A model generated the notes under the pieces. The model was given only the letters and a program-made list of their open reading frames with translations. It did not search any database and was not told the DNA's origin. Both the position numbers and the translations under genes were made by a program. From Gemmatimonadales bacterium (lineage in GTDB: Bacteria; Gemmatimonadota; Gemmatimonadetes; Gemmatimonadales; GWC2-71-9), in assembly GCA_041577295.1 (NCBI GenBank), contig JBFGJG010000027.1, forward strand, positions 1-60,537: 60,537 bases of DNA, given 5' to 3'. Within the stretch, counting starts at the first letter, position 1; the number at the start of each line of letters is the position of its first letter. Below, one piece after another: positions 38,929-48,473 of this stretch.

Positions 38929-40746
38929 TTAGGGAGATACCTCTTGAGCGGCCACACGTGACCCGGCAACTGGTAATTCGATCACAACCGCGGTCCCGCT
39001 GCCGGGCTGGCTTTCCACCCGCAGCGATCCATCCAGGTCCATCACGAGGCGCCGTACGATGGAGAGGCCGAGCCCGGTGCCGGTTGCTTTGGTGGTGTAG
39101 AAGTCGTCGAATGCTCGGTCTAGCTGGTCCGCGGTCATTCCCTTCCCCGTGTCCCGGACCGTGAGTCGCACAACCAGAGGCTGAGTCTCCACGGATTCTG
39201 TCATGACCGTCACCGTGCCGCTGTCATCCAGACTGTCGAGTGCGTTCCCTACGACATTTTCGACAATGCGACGGAGCGCGACAGGATCGGCCGCCACCGG
39301 TAAGAGGTCCGGTGCGAGCGCCGTCCGTACCAACGCCGAATCGCCCGTCACGTCCCGCACCACCGCCGTCACGACGGCATTGAGGTCGCACCGGTCTTTA
39401 TCCAGCGTGGGAGAGAGCCGCGCGTATTTCGTCGCAAGTGATTCCAGGTAGGCGATGCTCGACACCAACGTGTGACGGCGCTCCTCGAACACCGTCGCAA
39501 ACTGGCCGGGGTCTTGGGTGGCCACCTCCTCCAGGTGTCGCACGATGTTCCGAATAGGAATGAGGCCATTCTTGATATCGTGATTGACCTGCCGTGCCAG
39601 GTCGCCCATGGCAGCGCGCCGCTCGATCTCACGCAACGTGACCGCGCTCGCACGGAGGCGCGCAGTCATGGCACCAAGCAATCGGGCAAGGTCTCCAATC
39701 TCGTCGTTGCGGTTGGTGGTGAAGTCGACGCTCAGCCGATCGAGATCGAGAACGGAGGTCTTGGCCGCAAGGTCCCGAATCGGACGGCTGAGACGCGTCG
39801 CCAACCAATAGGTCACGACCAACGCCACGGCAGTGGTGACCAGGATCACCGTCAAGAACCAGCGATCGAGTTCGCGACGCAGCGCAGTGAGCTCATCGAG
39901 CGGGTAGCTAACGACAATACGGGCTTGGGCAGCGGAGGAGTCTGACGGCCCACCGCCTGAGGCACCGGACAAGGTCGCAACCCTCTCGGGTTGGATCTGT
40001 GCCAGCGGTACTTCGCGAACGATCGCCGAGCGTGCGAGGGAGTCTCGGACCGAGGCCCAGGACGCGTCCAGAGAATCGGTCGGATCGAGTACGCTGTCGA
40101 ATTGGCGTTGTGCGATGGCGTCGGACGCGACCGCGCCACCGTGGTAGACGAGCGCGATCCCCACATCCTCCCCACCAGCGAGTCGCCGAAGGAACTCCGG
40201 ATCGATGCGGATACCCCCAATGACGGTCAGCCGTCTTCCGCCGACGAACAACGAATCGATGCGCACGAGCGCTGGGAACGGACCCTCGGGAGTTCGTGCA
40301 TCCACAATGGCCGCTTGTCCAGCGAGTGCCGTGACGTGACGCGGCAATTGTGGCTCCAACAAATCGTACTCATTTCGGAAGTGACCCGAGCTGAGAATTC
40401 GACCCGAGCCATCTTGAACCTGGAGCATCGACAAACCCGTGAGTCGCATGGCGGCTTCGGCATAGTCCAGGAGATAGGTGCGGTCAGCCGAAGGCCCGCC
40501 ACTCAATGCCGTGCGCAGCCGGTTGTCTTGCCGGATGGTCTCGCGCAGCGCCGCGAGGCGCACCGCAATGGCCTCACCATCGGCTGCGATACGACGGGCA
40601 ATACGATCTACGAGGCTCGTGACCCTGCGATCATACTGGGCGGTCAGCCTCGAGGTCATCTCGCGTTGGACGCCGAGGGCCATGACGGCGAGGGGAACCA
40701 GTACAATCGCGCCAAACGCCACGAGCAGGCGCGAGCGAAACCTCAT
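38929..40746 (-). CDS. HAMP-domain sensor histidine kinase (NtrY-like)
   Basis: Two TM helices flanking a periplasmic domain; HAMP; LARQVNHDIKN; DTGKG; GTGLGL. Confidence 0.92.
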   Translation of the reverse strand: MRFRSRLLVAFGAIVLVPLAVMALGVQREMTSRLTAQYDRRVTSLVDRIARRIAADGEAIAVRLAALRETIRQDNRLRTALSGGPSADRTYLLDYAEAAMRLTGLSMLQVQDGSGRILSSGHFRNEYDLLEPQLPRHVTALAGQAAIVDARTPEGPFPALVRIDSLFVGGRRLTVIGGIRIDPEFLRRLAGGEDVGIALVYHGGAVASDAIAQRQFDSVLDPTDSLDASWASVRDSLARSAIVREVPLAQIQPERVATLSGASGGGPSDSSAAQARIVVSYPLDELTALRRELDRWFLTVILVTTAVALVVTYWLATRLSRPIRDLAAKTSVLDLDRLSVDFTTNRNDEIGDLARLLGAMTARLRASAVTLREIERRAAMGDLARQVNHDIKNGLIPIRNIVRHLEEVATQDPGQFATVFEERRHTLVSSIAYLESLATKYARLSPTLDKDRCDLNAVVTAVVRDVTGDSALVRTALAPDLLPVAADPVALRRIVENVVGNALDSLDDSGTVTVMTESVETQPLVVRLTVRDTGKGMTADQLDRAFDDFYTTKATGTGLGLSIVRRLVMDLDGSLRVESQPGSGTAVVIELPVAGSRVAAQEVSP

Positions 40747-42173
40747 GGCACGGGAAGCACGAGAGTTCCATCACCGTCAATGGTGAGACCCAGCACACCG
40801 CGCCGGGTCACGACACGGGCGCGCGTATCGATTAGCGGAACGACCGCGCTCACGAGACCCGCCCGCGAACCGAGCCACGGTGCCTGCCCAATGAGCCGCC
40901 CGAGAACGGAGCAGGGGTCCATAGGGAGGCGTGGCAGTCGGATGACATACGCGAGGTCGCCACCGCGCCTCAGTGCGCGTGTGAAATCCGTTGCTCGCAG
41001 TCCGATTGCCGTCGCAGGCTCCGACGTTGCGGCTGGATTCTCTTGGATGACCAGACCCTCGCTTGGGCCGGACGACAGCGCCACCAGCCGCTCGGCGAGC
41101 GACTTGGCGTCTCCGTCGTCCGCTGCATAGACAATGCGGTTCTGCTCGGGGGTCCGTTCGGGCGCCCGCGAAACCTCCGGCAGGAGCACATCACACGAAG
41201 TCGCCAACGTGCGCCACCAGAACGGCGACTCAGCCGGTCGTGCCTCGGAGCGTGAGGCTTCCTGGGCCATCGCGTTGCGAAGGTTTCGTGAAACAGACGG
41301 CGCGAACTTTCCGTCGACGGCCACCGGAACAAGCAGCACGTACGCGCGATCCCAGGGAAGCGCACTGACGCGGAAGTCGAAGAGGGTGCGCGCATAGGCA
41401 AGGGCCGCAGCATCGCGGCTGATCACCACGTCGACGTTCCCCGCGTCCAGCAGATCTCGCGGGTCGGCTCCGGGAAGGATTCGTACACGCACCGGCCCGA
41501 CGCGTTCGCTTACAACTCCGACGCGCGGCTCGAGCAGCAGCTCCAGCCCCTCCGCGCTGTACTCGACACTGACAACGCGATAACGCCCGGATCCAGTGGG
41601 CCATCCGGACGCGCCACGTTTGGTCACGGCGAGCACCGGCTCTGCCAGCACCATCACCGCCGGCGCTTGCATGCGCGGAAAACTCACCGTGAGGCTTCGA
41701 TCGTCTAGCACGCTCACGCTCGCGATCGACGCGACGGTCTGAAGGGCGATGCCGCGCGCTTCCCAGCTTGCCGCGACGTCAGCCGTTGTGACCGGCGATC
41801 CATCCCAAAACAGGGCGTCGTCACGCAACTGGATCGTTCGTACACGCTCCGCCGTGGTCGACCATGTCGTTGCCAGGTGGGAATACTCCCGTCCCGTACA
41901 ATCCACTCGGACCAGCGTCTCGTACATCTGCCGAAAGAGAAAGCGCTCACTGTCGTTGCGGGGTCGTGGCGCGCCGGCGAGGTGCACCGAGTCCGTAAGC
42001 GCTACCACGAGCGTCTCCGGACGCTCCCACACGGGGCCGGCGAGCAACGTGACCGCGTCACACACCTGCGCGGGCTGGACGCTCTCCGCTACCGGCGCCG
42101 CACTGCTCGCGCACGCGGCAGCGAGCGGCACGACGCCAGCCAGCCGCAGGCCGCGCCGCTTGCTATTCGTCAT
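40743..42173 (-). CDS. Lipoprotein with family-5 (Opp/Dpp-like) solute-binding N-terminal region
   Basis: Lipobox LAAAC; QMYETLVRVD...LATTW...LRDDALFWDGSPVTTADV; no permease genes nearby. Confidence 0.75.
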   Translation of the reverse strand: MTNSKRRGLRLAGVVPLAAACASSAAPVAESVQPAQVCDAVTLLAGPVWERPETLVVALTDSVHLAGAPRPRNDSERFLFRQMYETLVRVDCTGREYSHLATTWSTTAERVRTIQLRDDALFWDGSPVTTADVAASWEARGIALQTVASIASVSVLDDRSLTVSFPRMQAPAVMVLAEPVLAVTKRGASGWPTGSGRYRVVSVEYSAEGLELLLEPRVGVVSERVGPVRVRILPGADPRDLLDAGNVDVVISRDAAALAYARTLFDFRVSALPWDRAYVLLVPVAVDGKFAPSVSRNLRNAMAQEASRSEARPAESPFWWRTLATSCDVLLPEVSRAPERTPEQNRIVYAADDGDAKSLAERLVALSSGPSEGLVIQENPAATSEPATAIGLRATDFTRALRRGGDLAYVIRLPRLPMDPCSVLGRLIGQAPWLGSRAGLVSAVVPLIDTRARVVTRRGVLGLTIDGDGTLVLPVP

Positions 42174-43242
42174 TGATGGCGGTCACGTTCCGCGCGAGGT
42201 CGTTTCGCACCCGCTGATGAAGACTCGTCTTGGAGAGGCGGTCGCGCACTTCCTGGACTTTATCCAAGCCCATCTTTCGCACGGCGATCTGGCAGACGGG
42301 GTCCCCCGGCACGACGGCGGGAAGAGTGGTCATTCCGAGAACGATACCGTCCGCTGGACACTCGATCTTGTTTTGCGTTCGACCAATGAGGCTGGTGTTC
42401 GTGGCCAGCACTTGACCGGTGTGCACGACGCTTCCGGGAGTGACGTGAAACTCGAGAAATCCACCCACCTGTGCGCGCACCCAGGTCGTCTTGCGGACCT
42501 TTATCTGAAACGGCGGTTCCATTTGAGCGCCGTGAACCATGCCGAGACCAACCAGCACGTTGCGAATGCCCCGCCGTCCGTACTCCACGATGGCCGGTTC
42601 GACCTTCCACACTTCACCGGCCTCGAGGATGATGGTCGGACAGCCCGCGACGCACGCCGAACGTCGCAGCGAACCTTTTGGTCCCTTCGAGTTCACAATG
42701 ACCTCGCTGCCAAATGCTTCGGAGAGCCGCCGGCATCCATCGTTCTTGAGGTCGCCACGCACGTTGGGGAAGTTCACCCTGCGGACCGCCGCAGTGTGGA
42801 GATCGATGCCAAAGTCTGCACGGGCGACGATCTCCTCGAAGATGCGGTGGGCAAACCGGCTCGCAGCGCTGCCGGAGGGAGACCCGGGAAAGACACGATT
42901 GAGGTCGCGACGATCCGGCAAGTATCGGGCGTGACGCTCGAAGCCGAGGATGTTGATGACGGGGACGAGCACGAGCGTGCCAGCAGCCAACTCGAACGGA
43001 GGTCTGAGCACTAAGGACCGAACTATACCGGTGCCGTTGATCTCATCGCCGTGAACTGCGCCGGTCACGAACACCGTTGGCCCGCGGGTCACGCCACGCC
43101 AGACGTGAATGGGAATCGTGACGGTGGCACTACTGTAGGTTTCACTGATCGCCAGCTCGATGTCCCGTCGTTCCCCCAGCTGCACTGGCGTGCCGGCCAT
43201 CTCGAACGGTTCGTCCGAGCGGGTGTCGTGGCTCGCGGTCAT
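42163..43242 (-). CDS. Succinylglutamate desuccinylase/aspartoacylase family (M14) metallo-hydrolase
   Basis: AVHGDEING, RRDLNRVFPG, GIDLHT, ILEAG. Confidence 0.93.
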   Translation of the reverse strand: MTASHDTRSDEPFEMAGTPVQLGERRDIELAISETYSSATVTIPIHVWRGVTRGPTVFVTGAVHGDEINGTGIVRSLVLRPPFELAAGTLVLVPVINILGFERHARYLPDRRDLNRVFPGSPSGSAASRFAHRIFEEIVARADFGIDLHTAAVRRVNFPNVRGDLKNDGCRRLSEAFGSEVIVNSKGPKGSLRRSACVAGCPTIILEAGEVWKVEPAIVEYGRRGIRNVLVGLGMVHGAQMEPPFQIKVRKTTWVRAQVGGFLEFHVTPGSVVHTGQVLATNTSLIGRTQNKIECPADGIVLGMTTLPAVVPGDPVCQIAVRKMGLDKVQEVRDRLSKTSLHQRVRNDLARNVTAINDE

Positions 43243-43249
43243 CACTCCG

Positions 43250-44428
43250 TTACGCCCGCAGGTGGGCCGGGAGACGTTTGCGGCGACGCCGTTTCGGATG
43301 GGGAATGAGCTCCCGCATCGTCGACAGCTTCCCAAAACAGAGCAACCGATCACCGACCTTCAGCTGGCGACTCCCTTTTGGGTTCGCGATGATCTGGTCA
43401 TCCCGTTCGATGCTGAGAACGACGATGTCACGTTCCCGTAGCTGCGAGGCGCTCAGGGTCGACCCAGCCAACTCGGTTTTCGGCGCCACGACCAGCTCGC
43501 CCACGCCATAACCCTCACTTTCGAACAACCGCTGACGCACGTCGAGCTCGGGGAACTTCACGTGATCCTCCACGTAATCGATGATGGCGCCCGCCACGTC
43601 CACTCCGGTCGCGCCTTCGATTCCTTCCAGACCTGGTGACGAATTGACCTCCATGACCTGGGGTCCTTCAGTCCCTTCCAGCATGTCGACGCCGGCAACC
43701 CGCAAGCCCATGATCTGGGAGGCCTGCACGGCGGTCCGGCGGAACGCGGTGTCCAAATCCACCTCCTCTGCTTTCCCTCCGCGGTGCACGTTGCTGCGGA
43801 ACTCTGCGCCCTGCGCTACGCGGCGCATGGCGGCAACCACACGGTCGCCCACGACAAACGCGCGGATGTCACGACCTTTACTCTCCGAAACGAACTTCTG
43901 GATCAGAACGTTCTGTTTGGCCCCTTGGAGCGTTTCGATGATCGCTTCCGCGATCTTCTGCGATTCCGCGAGGATCACGCCTACCCCCTGCGTTCCCTCC
44001 AGGACCTTGATCACCACCGGCGCGCCCCCCACCCGCTGGATGGCAGGCAGGATGTCGTTGCGATCGCGAGCGAAGGCCGTACCGGGTATTCCAATCTTGT
44101 GTCTGCTGAGAATCTGGAGCGAGCGGAGCTTGTCTCGCGCATTGGCGATCCCGTTTGACGAGTTGATACAAAAGACGCCCATCTGCTCGAGCTGCCGAAC
44201 CACGGCAGAGCCGAAGAAGGTGATGGACGCACCGACTCGGGGGATGATCGCGTCGTGGTTGGGGAACGGCTTTCCCCGGTAGAGGAGATCGGGATTCTCC
44301 TCCTCCAGCGAGATCGAGAACTTGAGCGTGTTGAGCACCCGAGGTTGATGGCCACGTGCTTTCGCGGCCTCGACGAGCCGCTTGGTGCTGTAGAGACGGG
44401 GTCCACGGGAGAGGATACCGATCTTCAT
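43250..44428 (-). CDS. rimK: RimK alpha-L-glutamate ligase with C-terminal TrkA-C/RCK_C domain
   Basis: MKIGILSRGPRLYSTKRL, EGTQGVGV, FRSNVHRGG, EVNSSPGLEGIE; C-terminal LAGSTL...VLSIER...NPKG..QLKVGDRLLCFG. Confidence 0.93.
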   Translation of the reverse strand: MKIGILSRGPRLYSTKRLVEAAKARGHQPRVLNTLKFSISLEEENPDLLYRGKPFPNHDAIIPRVGASITFFGSAVVRQLEQMGVFCINSSNGIANARDKLRSLQILSRHKIGIPGTAFARDRNDILPAIQRVGGAPVVIKVLEGTQGVGVILAESQKIAEAIIETLQGAKQNVLIQKFVSESKGRDIRAFVVGDRVVAAMRRVAQGAEFRSNVHRGGKAEEVDLDTAFRRTAVQASQIMGLRVAGVDMLEGTEGPQVMEVNSSPGLEGIEGATGVDVAGAIIDYVEDHVKFPELDVRQRLFESEGYGVGELVVAPKTELAGSTLSASQLRERDIVVLSIERDDQIIANPKGSRQLKVGDRLLCFGKLSTMRELIPHPKRRRRKRLPAHLRA

Positions 44429-44439
44429 TGGGGACTCCT

Positions 44440-44898
44440 TTATGAGCGGGGCCTTTTCGAGGCACGACGGCGGGCCGCGCGTCCCAGTACGTATTTCGAG
44501 CTGGGGTCGACCAAAAAGTCGTCTTCCAGTGCCCGCCGACCTATCAGCATGCGACAGAGCATTCGCCGGCGCGAGACGAGGCTGAGCTGAATCACTTTCT
44601 CGACCGTGCCTAACCGCATCACGGTCGACACGACATAGCGCTGCTGGAGTTTACCGGTGCTCGGCCGGACCCGGGTCACCCGGGTGAGTTCCGCAACGAC
44701 CGGCACCCGCTTGGCCAGATTACCACCAGGAACCACCTCGAAACGGACAGTCCCATCCGTGAGGAGCTCGAGATTTTCAACGTGGAGGGCGCTCGTTCGA
44801 GCGCCGGTATCGAGCTTCGCTCGTATCGACTGGATGCCCCATTCCGGAAGGGAAACGAATTCTCGCCAGCCCACGACGATCTTCTGCGACGTCGTCAC
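44440..44898 (-). CDS. RimK-associated retropepsin-like protease (RimB / 'ATP-dependent zinc protease' family)
   Basis: VGWREFVSLP, AKLDTGARTSALH, MLIGRRAL; GTG start assumed. Confidence 0.9.
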   Translation of the reverse strand: MTTSQKIVVGWREFVSLPEWGIQSIRAKLDTGARTSALHVENLELLTDGTVRFEVVPGGNLAKRVPVVAELTRVTRVRPSTGKLQQRYVVSTVMRLGTVEKVIQLSLVSRRRMLCRMLIGRRALEDDFLVDPSSKYVLGRAARRRASKRPRS

Positions 44899-44967
44899 GG
44901 TTCGAACTCTTCCTTTCACTATCCCAAGGTGACACTGTTGGGGCAAGGGCTCGCACGCTCGCCGAAG

Positions 44968-46368
44968 CTACTCACCCCACACCTCCCGTGAAGCGGCCAC
45001 CAGACGATCGACCTTCTGTACATACCCCTGGATATCACTTTTTCGCTCCAGACCCGACGCCGACATATACCGTACCGTCCCAAAGATCTCACGCTCCTGC
45101 CACGGCCGATCGTGTAATCCAAAGACCCAACCAACGCCAGCATACGAGTTGGCGTCCCGTCCGTCGAGGAAGTACTTGTTGTTCAATTCGAGAGCGACCC
45201 GATAGGCGTAGTTCGGCGTATTGGTCCACTCGAGAATCTTCTTCCCCCAGTACATGCGCATGTAGTTGTGCATGTACCCGGTGTAGCGCATCTCCCGCAT
45301 CGCAGCATTCCAGTACTCGTCGTGTGTTTCAGCATCTTCAAGTTGCTGTTTCGTATAGACATGCTCACGTGGGTCATCCTGATGCTTCGCCAGCGTCTTC
45401 CGCGCCCATTCGGGCAAACAGGAGTACTGGTCGTAGTCGTTTGTATAACGCACGAAGTTCATCGCAAGCTCGCGACGAACGATGAGCTCCTCCAGAAAGC
45501 TCGCACGCTGATCCCGCGCCACCCCGCTCACCTCCCGTGCCTTCACCGCGACGTAGACCGGCGAGATCTGTCCGAAATGGAGATACTTGCTGAGATGCGA
45601 CGTCACGTCCGTCTGAGGCTGATTACGGTTCTCCTGGTAGTGCGGGAGGTGCTGCTCCAAGAACTCCTCGAGCAAACGCCTGGCCCGGCTGGTTCCACCC
45701 TGGAAGAAGTGATCGACCGGAGGGACATCGGTTTCGAGCTTTAGTTTGCGCAACACGGCGTCGATGTCGTCGAGGTCCACCGTCGAGACATCGAGCCGCC
45801 GGCTGTCCGTGTCGAGCGGCGTGGTGTTGAGATCGACGAGATAGTCTTCGAGGCGCTTGTGCAGCTTTGGTCGTAACGTGCGGGCGGCGTATTCCGCTTT
45901 CTGGGAAACGACGGAAACCGGGACGACCACATCCCCTTCGACCTCCACGACCCGACACCGTGCCTCTCGAGAAACCTGCGCACGCCACGCCCGCTGGTGA
46001 CGCAGATACCCGCGATCGCACACGATGAGGACCGCTCGCTTGCCCAGCCGCAACGCCACCTCCGGGGGTGCGCCTCGTTGAATCACCATCTTGATCTTGC
46101 GACGGGCGAGCGCACGTATGGTCTCCTGCAACCCCTCCAACATGAAGCGGTAGTGGCGGACGTTGGCTTCGGGATAGTCGTCCATGAGGCCAAACGCGAC
46201 CAACAACGGAACGCCGTGCTGGTTGGCTTGCTGCACGGAGTACTCCAGGGCGTGGTTGCACTCCGCCCGTTGGCTCTGTTGCATCCAATAGAGGACGTAC
46301 GCCCCCTCGCGCGACGCACGATCGTTCCCAATGCGAATACGCGCTTCGTCGATTAGTGCCGTTGCCAC
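44968..46368 (-). CDS. phr: Class II CPD photolyase
   Basis: YVLYWMQ..QR..NHAL, SHLSKYLHFGQIS, GYMHNYMRMYWGKKILEW, DGRDANSYAG. Confidence 0.95.
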   Translation of the reverse strand: MATALIDEARIRIGNDRASREGAYVLYWMQQSQRAECNHALEYSVQQANQHGVPLLVAFGLMDDYPEANVRHYRFMLEGLQETIRALARRKIKMVIQRGAPPEVALRLGKRAVLIVCDRGYLRHQRAWRAQVSREARCRVVEVEGDVVVPVSVVSQKAEYAARTLRPKLHKRLEDYLVDLNTTPLDTDSRRLDVSTVDLDDIDAVLRKLKLETDVPPVDHFFQGGTSRARRLLEEFLEQHLPHYQENRNQPQTDVTSHLSKYLHFGQISPVYVAVKAREVSGVARDQRASFLEELIVRRELAMNFVRYTNDYDQYSCLPEWARKTLAKHQDDPREHVYTKQQLEDAETHDEYWNAAMREMRYTGYMHNYMRMYWGKKILEWTNTPNYAYRVALELNNKYFLDGRDANSYAGVGWVFGLHDRPWQEREIFGTVRYMSASGLERKSDIQGYVQKVDRLVAASREVWGE

Positions 46369-46484
46369 GGTAACTCCGGTGTGAAAAGCACTCTGAAGGT
46401 GTGGAGCGGTGCAACGATGTCAATCCGCTTGCCTGCGGTTACCATTCGGCTCAAAGTTGCCGTAGCCAAACGAAAGAAGGAACG

Positions 46485-47591
46485 ATGATGCACCGCAACC
46501 GGACGCCGCCTGCTTTACTCGGAGCCTTCACCCTGTTGCTGGCGCTTGCCCCGGCATGGCTCACTCCTCTTGCAGCGCAGGCCCCTCAACCCGGCCCAAT
46601 CCTTGTGGGCACGCGGGACGTGCCACCGTTTGCCATGCCGACCGCGGACGGCCAATGGCAGGGAATCAGCGTCGACCTGTGGCGCGAGATCGCCGAAAGC
46701 CTCGACCGGGATTACGAGATTAGGCCCATGGAATCGGTGGAGGAGATCCTCGAGGCTGTGGCCGCGGGGGATCTCGACGTCGCCGTCGGGGCCTTCACGA
46801 TCACGGCCGAGCGAGAGCGTGCCGTGGACTTCAGCCACCCCTTCTTCGTATCCGGACTGAGCATTGCGGTTGTGCCTCGCGGCGGTGGCATTCTCACCAG
46901 CCTCATGGAAGGCCTGCTTTCGCGGACGTTTCTCACGGTGATTGGCGGACTGGTGCTGGTGCTGGGGACCGCGGGCCTGCTCGTGTGGCTGTTCGAGCGG
47001 AGAAAGAACCCTGAACAGTTTGGTGGAAGCACGCGGCGCGGGATCGGAGAAGGATTCTGGTGGGCTGCGGTGACGATGACGACGGTGGGATACGGGGACC
47101 GGGCACCGGCGACCGTGGGTGGCCGGTTCGTAGCGCTGATCTGGATGTTCGCCAGCATCATCATGATCTCGGGATTCACAGCGGCTATCGCCACCTCGTT
47201 GACGGTGCAGCGTCTCGACACCCCCATTCAGGGACCGGAGGATCTTCCGGGTCACGTCATCGGGACGCTCGCGGGCTCCACGAGCGAGGACTACCTGATT
47301 CGAGAGCGGATTTCGGCGGAAACGTTCGAGAGCCTTGCGGCGGCACTGTCGGCCCTTGCTGCGGGTGCGGTGGATGCCGTGGTCTACGACGGGGCCCTGC
47401 TGCGCTACCATGTGAACAACGACTTCCGCGGAACGATCCGGGTTCTTCCGCGTACCTTTGAACCTCAGGATTACGGCATCGTGGTGCCGCCGCGCAGCGC
47501 GCTGCGTGAGCCGATTAATCAGGCGCTACTCGCTGTCACGGCTGGTGAGCAATGGCGGGCCGTCATCCACAGTTACCTGGGTGCCGAGTGA
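46485..47591 (+). CDS. GluR0-like ligand-gated K+ channel (split solute-binding domain around a pore loop)
   Basis: Signal peptide; S1 (PPFAM, ITAERERAVDFSHPF); TM1; WWAAVTMTTVGYGD; TM2; S2 (GST, YD, YGI). Confidence 0.9.
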   Translation: MMHRNRTPPALLGAFTLLLALAPAWLTPLAAQAPQPGPILVGTRDVPPFAMPTADGQWQGISVDLWREIAESLDRDYEIRPMESVEEILEAVAAGDLDVAVGAFTITAERERAVDFSHPFFVSGLSIAVVPRGGGILTSLMEGLLSRTFLTVIGGLVLVLGTAGLLVWLFERRKNPEQFGGSTRRGIGEGFWWAAVTMTTVGYGDRAPATVGGRFVALIWMFASIIMISGFTAAIATSLTVQRLDTPIQGPEDLPGHVIGTLAGSTSEDYLIRERISAETFESLAAALSALAAGAVDAVVYDGALLRYHVNNDFRGTIRVLPRTFEPQDYGIVVPPRSALREPINQALLAVTAGEQWRAVIHSYLGAE

Positions 47592-48298
47592 AACCCTATG
47601 GCGATCCCAATCCGGAACAATACCATGTTGGTGTTGCTCTCGATTGGTGTCACGAAGATCGAGCCGTCGGGCCGCTCCTGAATTCCCCCCTCGCGGAGAT
47701 ACCGGGTCTCCCCGTGCCGTAAGAACTCGCTCGCGAAGTCTAACGAGATAGGCCGGTTGCCGCCGGTGAGCCTGACCACCAGTCCCCCACCCCCGGCGAG
47801 GGCAAAGGTTACGTCATCGAAATTGGTGCTGCTCACAAAGGGAGTGAAATCCGCGTCGCCGCGAACGGAAGACTCGGTGAAAAAGTAGGAGAGCCCAACG
47901 GTGCCGTAGACGTACGGGCGCACACGCCCGGTCGCCGGAGTCCATTGGGGCCCGACGCCCAGGGCGAAAAACGAGTTCGTGGTGGTGACGTCGACGGTGA
48001 CGCGCCGGATGGTGTCACTAAACGGCCGCCGAACGGTTTCGCTGCCGTAGATGATGAATCCGACATCCGCTCGCAAACCGATGGTCCGCGCATCGTCGAA
48101 GTGGGTCACCAGGTAGCCGCCGAACCCGCCTCCAAAGTCGATGAAGTCCTGAAACTCACCCACCGGCACGCCCATGGACAGCCCAACCCCTCCGGCAAAC
48201 CGGCCGGGTCGAGGATCGACCTCCACTAGCTGAGCGGAGAGCGGCTGAACACAAGCGATGACTCCCCCAAACCCGAGGACCAGCATCCACTGACGCAC
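47573..48298 (-). CDS. Outer-membrane beta-barrel protein
   Basis: Signal peptide LSA|Q; RPYVYGTVG and terminal FRIGIAIGF strands; GGAGG RBS. Confidence 0.75.
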   Translation of the reverse strand: MRQWMLVLGFGGVIACVQPLSAQLVEVDPRPGRFAGGVGLSMGVPVGEFQDFIDFGGGFGGYLVTHFDDARTIGLRADVGFIIYGSETVRRPFSDTIRRVTVDVTTTNSFFALGVGPQWTPATGRVRPYVYGTVGLSYFFTESSVRGDADFTPFVSSTNFDDVTFALAGGGGLVVRLTGGNRPISLDFASEFLRHGETRYLREGGIQERPDGSIFVTPIESNTNMVLFRIGIAIGFHSAPR

Positions 48299-48473
48299 GA
48301 AGGACCTCCAACAGCAGGTTGTACCTAATCTTACCCCAATGGCGGCGAGAGGTTACGCCGACGCCTCTAAGACCAGCTTCACCAGCGCGCCGAGTCCAAG
48401 ACTTGTGACGGCTCGCACGCTTCTACACCGCTGAGAGGTCTACATTCGCCTTCTGCGCGAATGGAGGTGGCAA

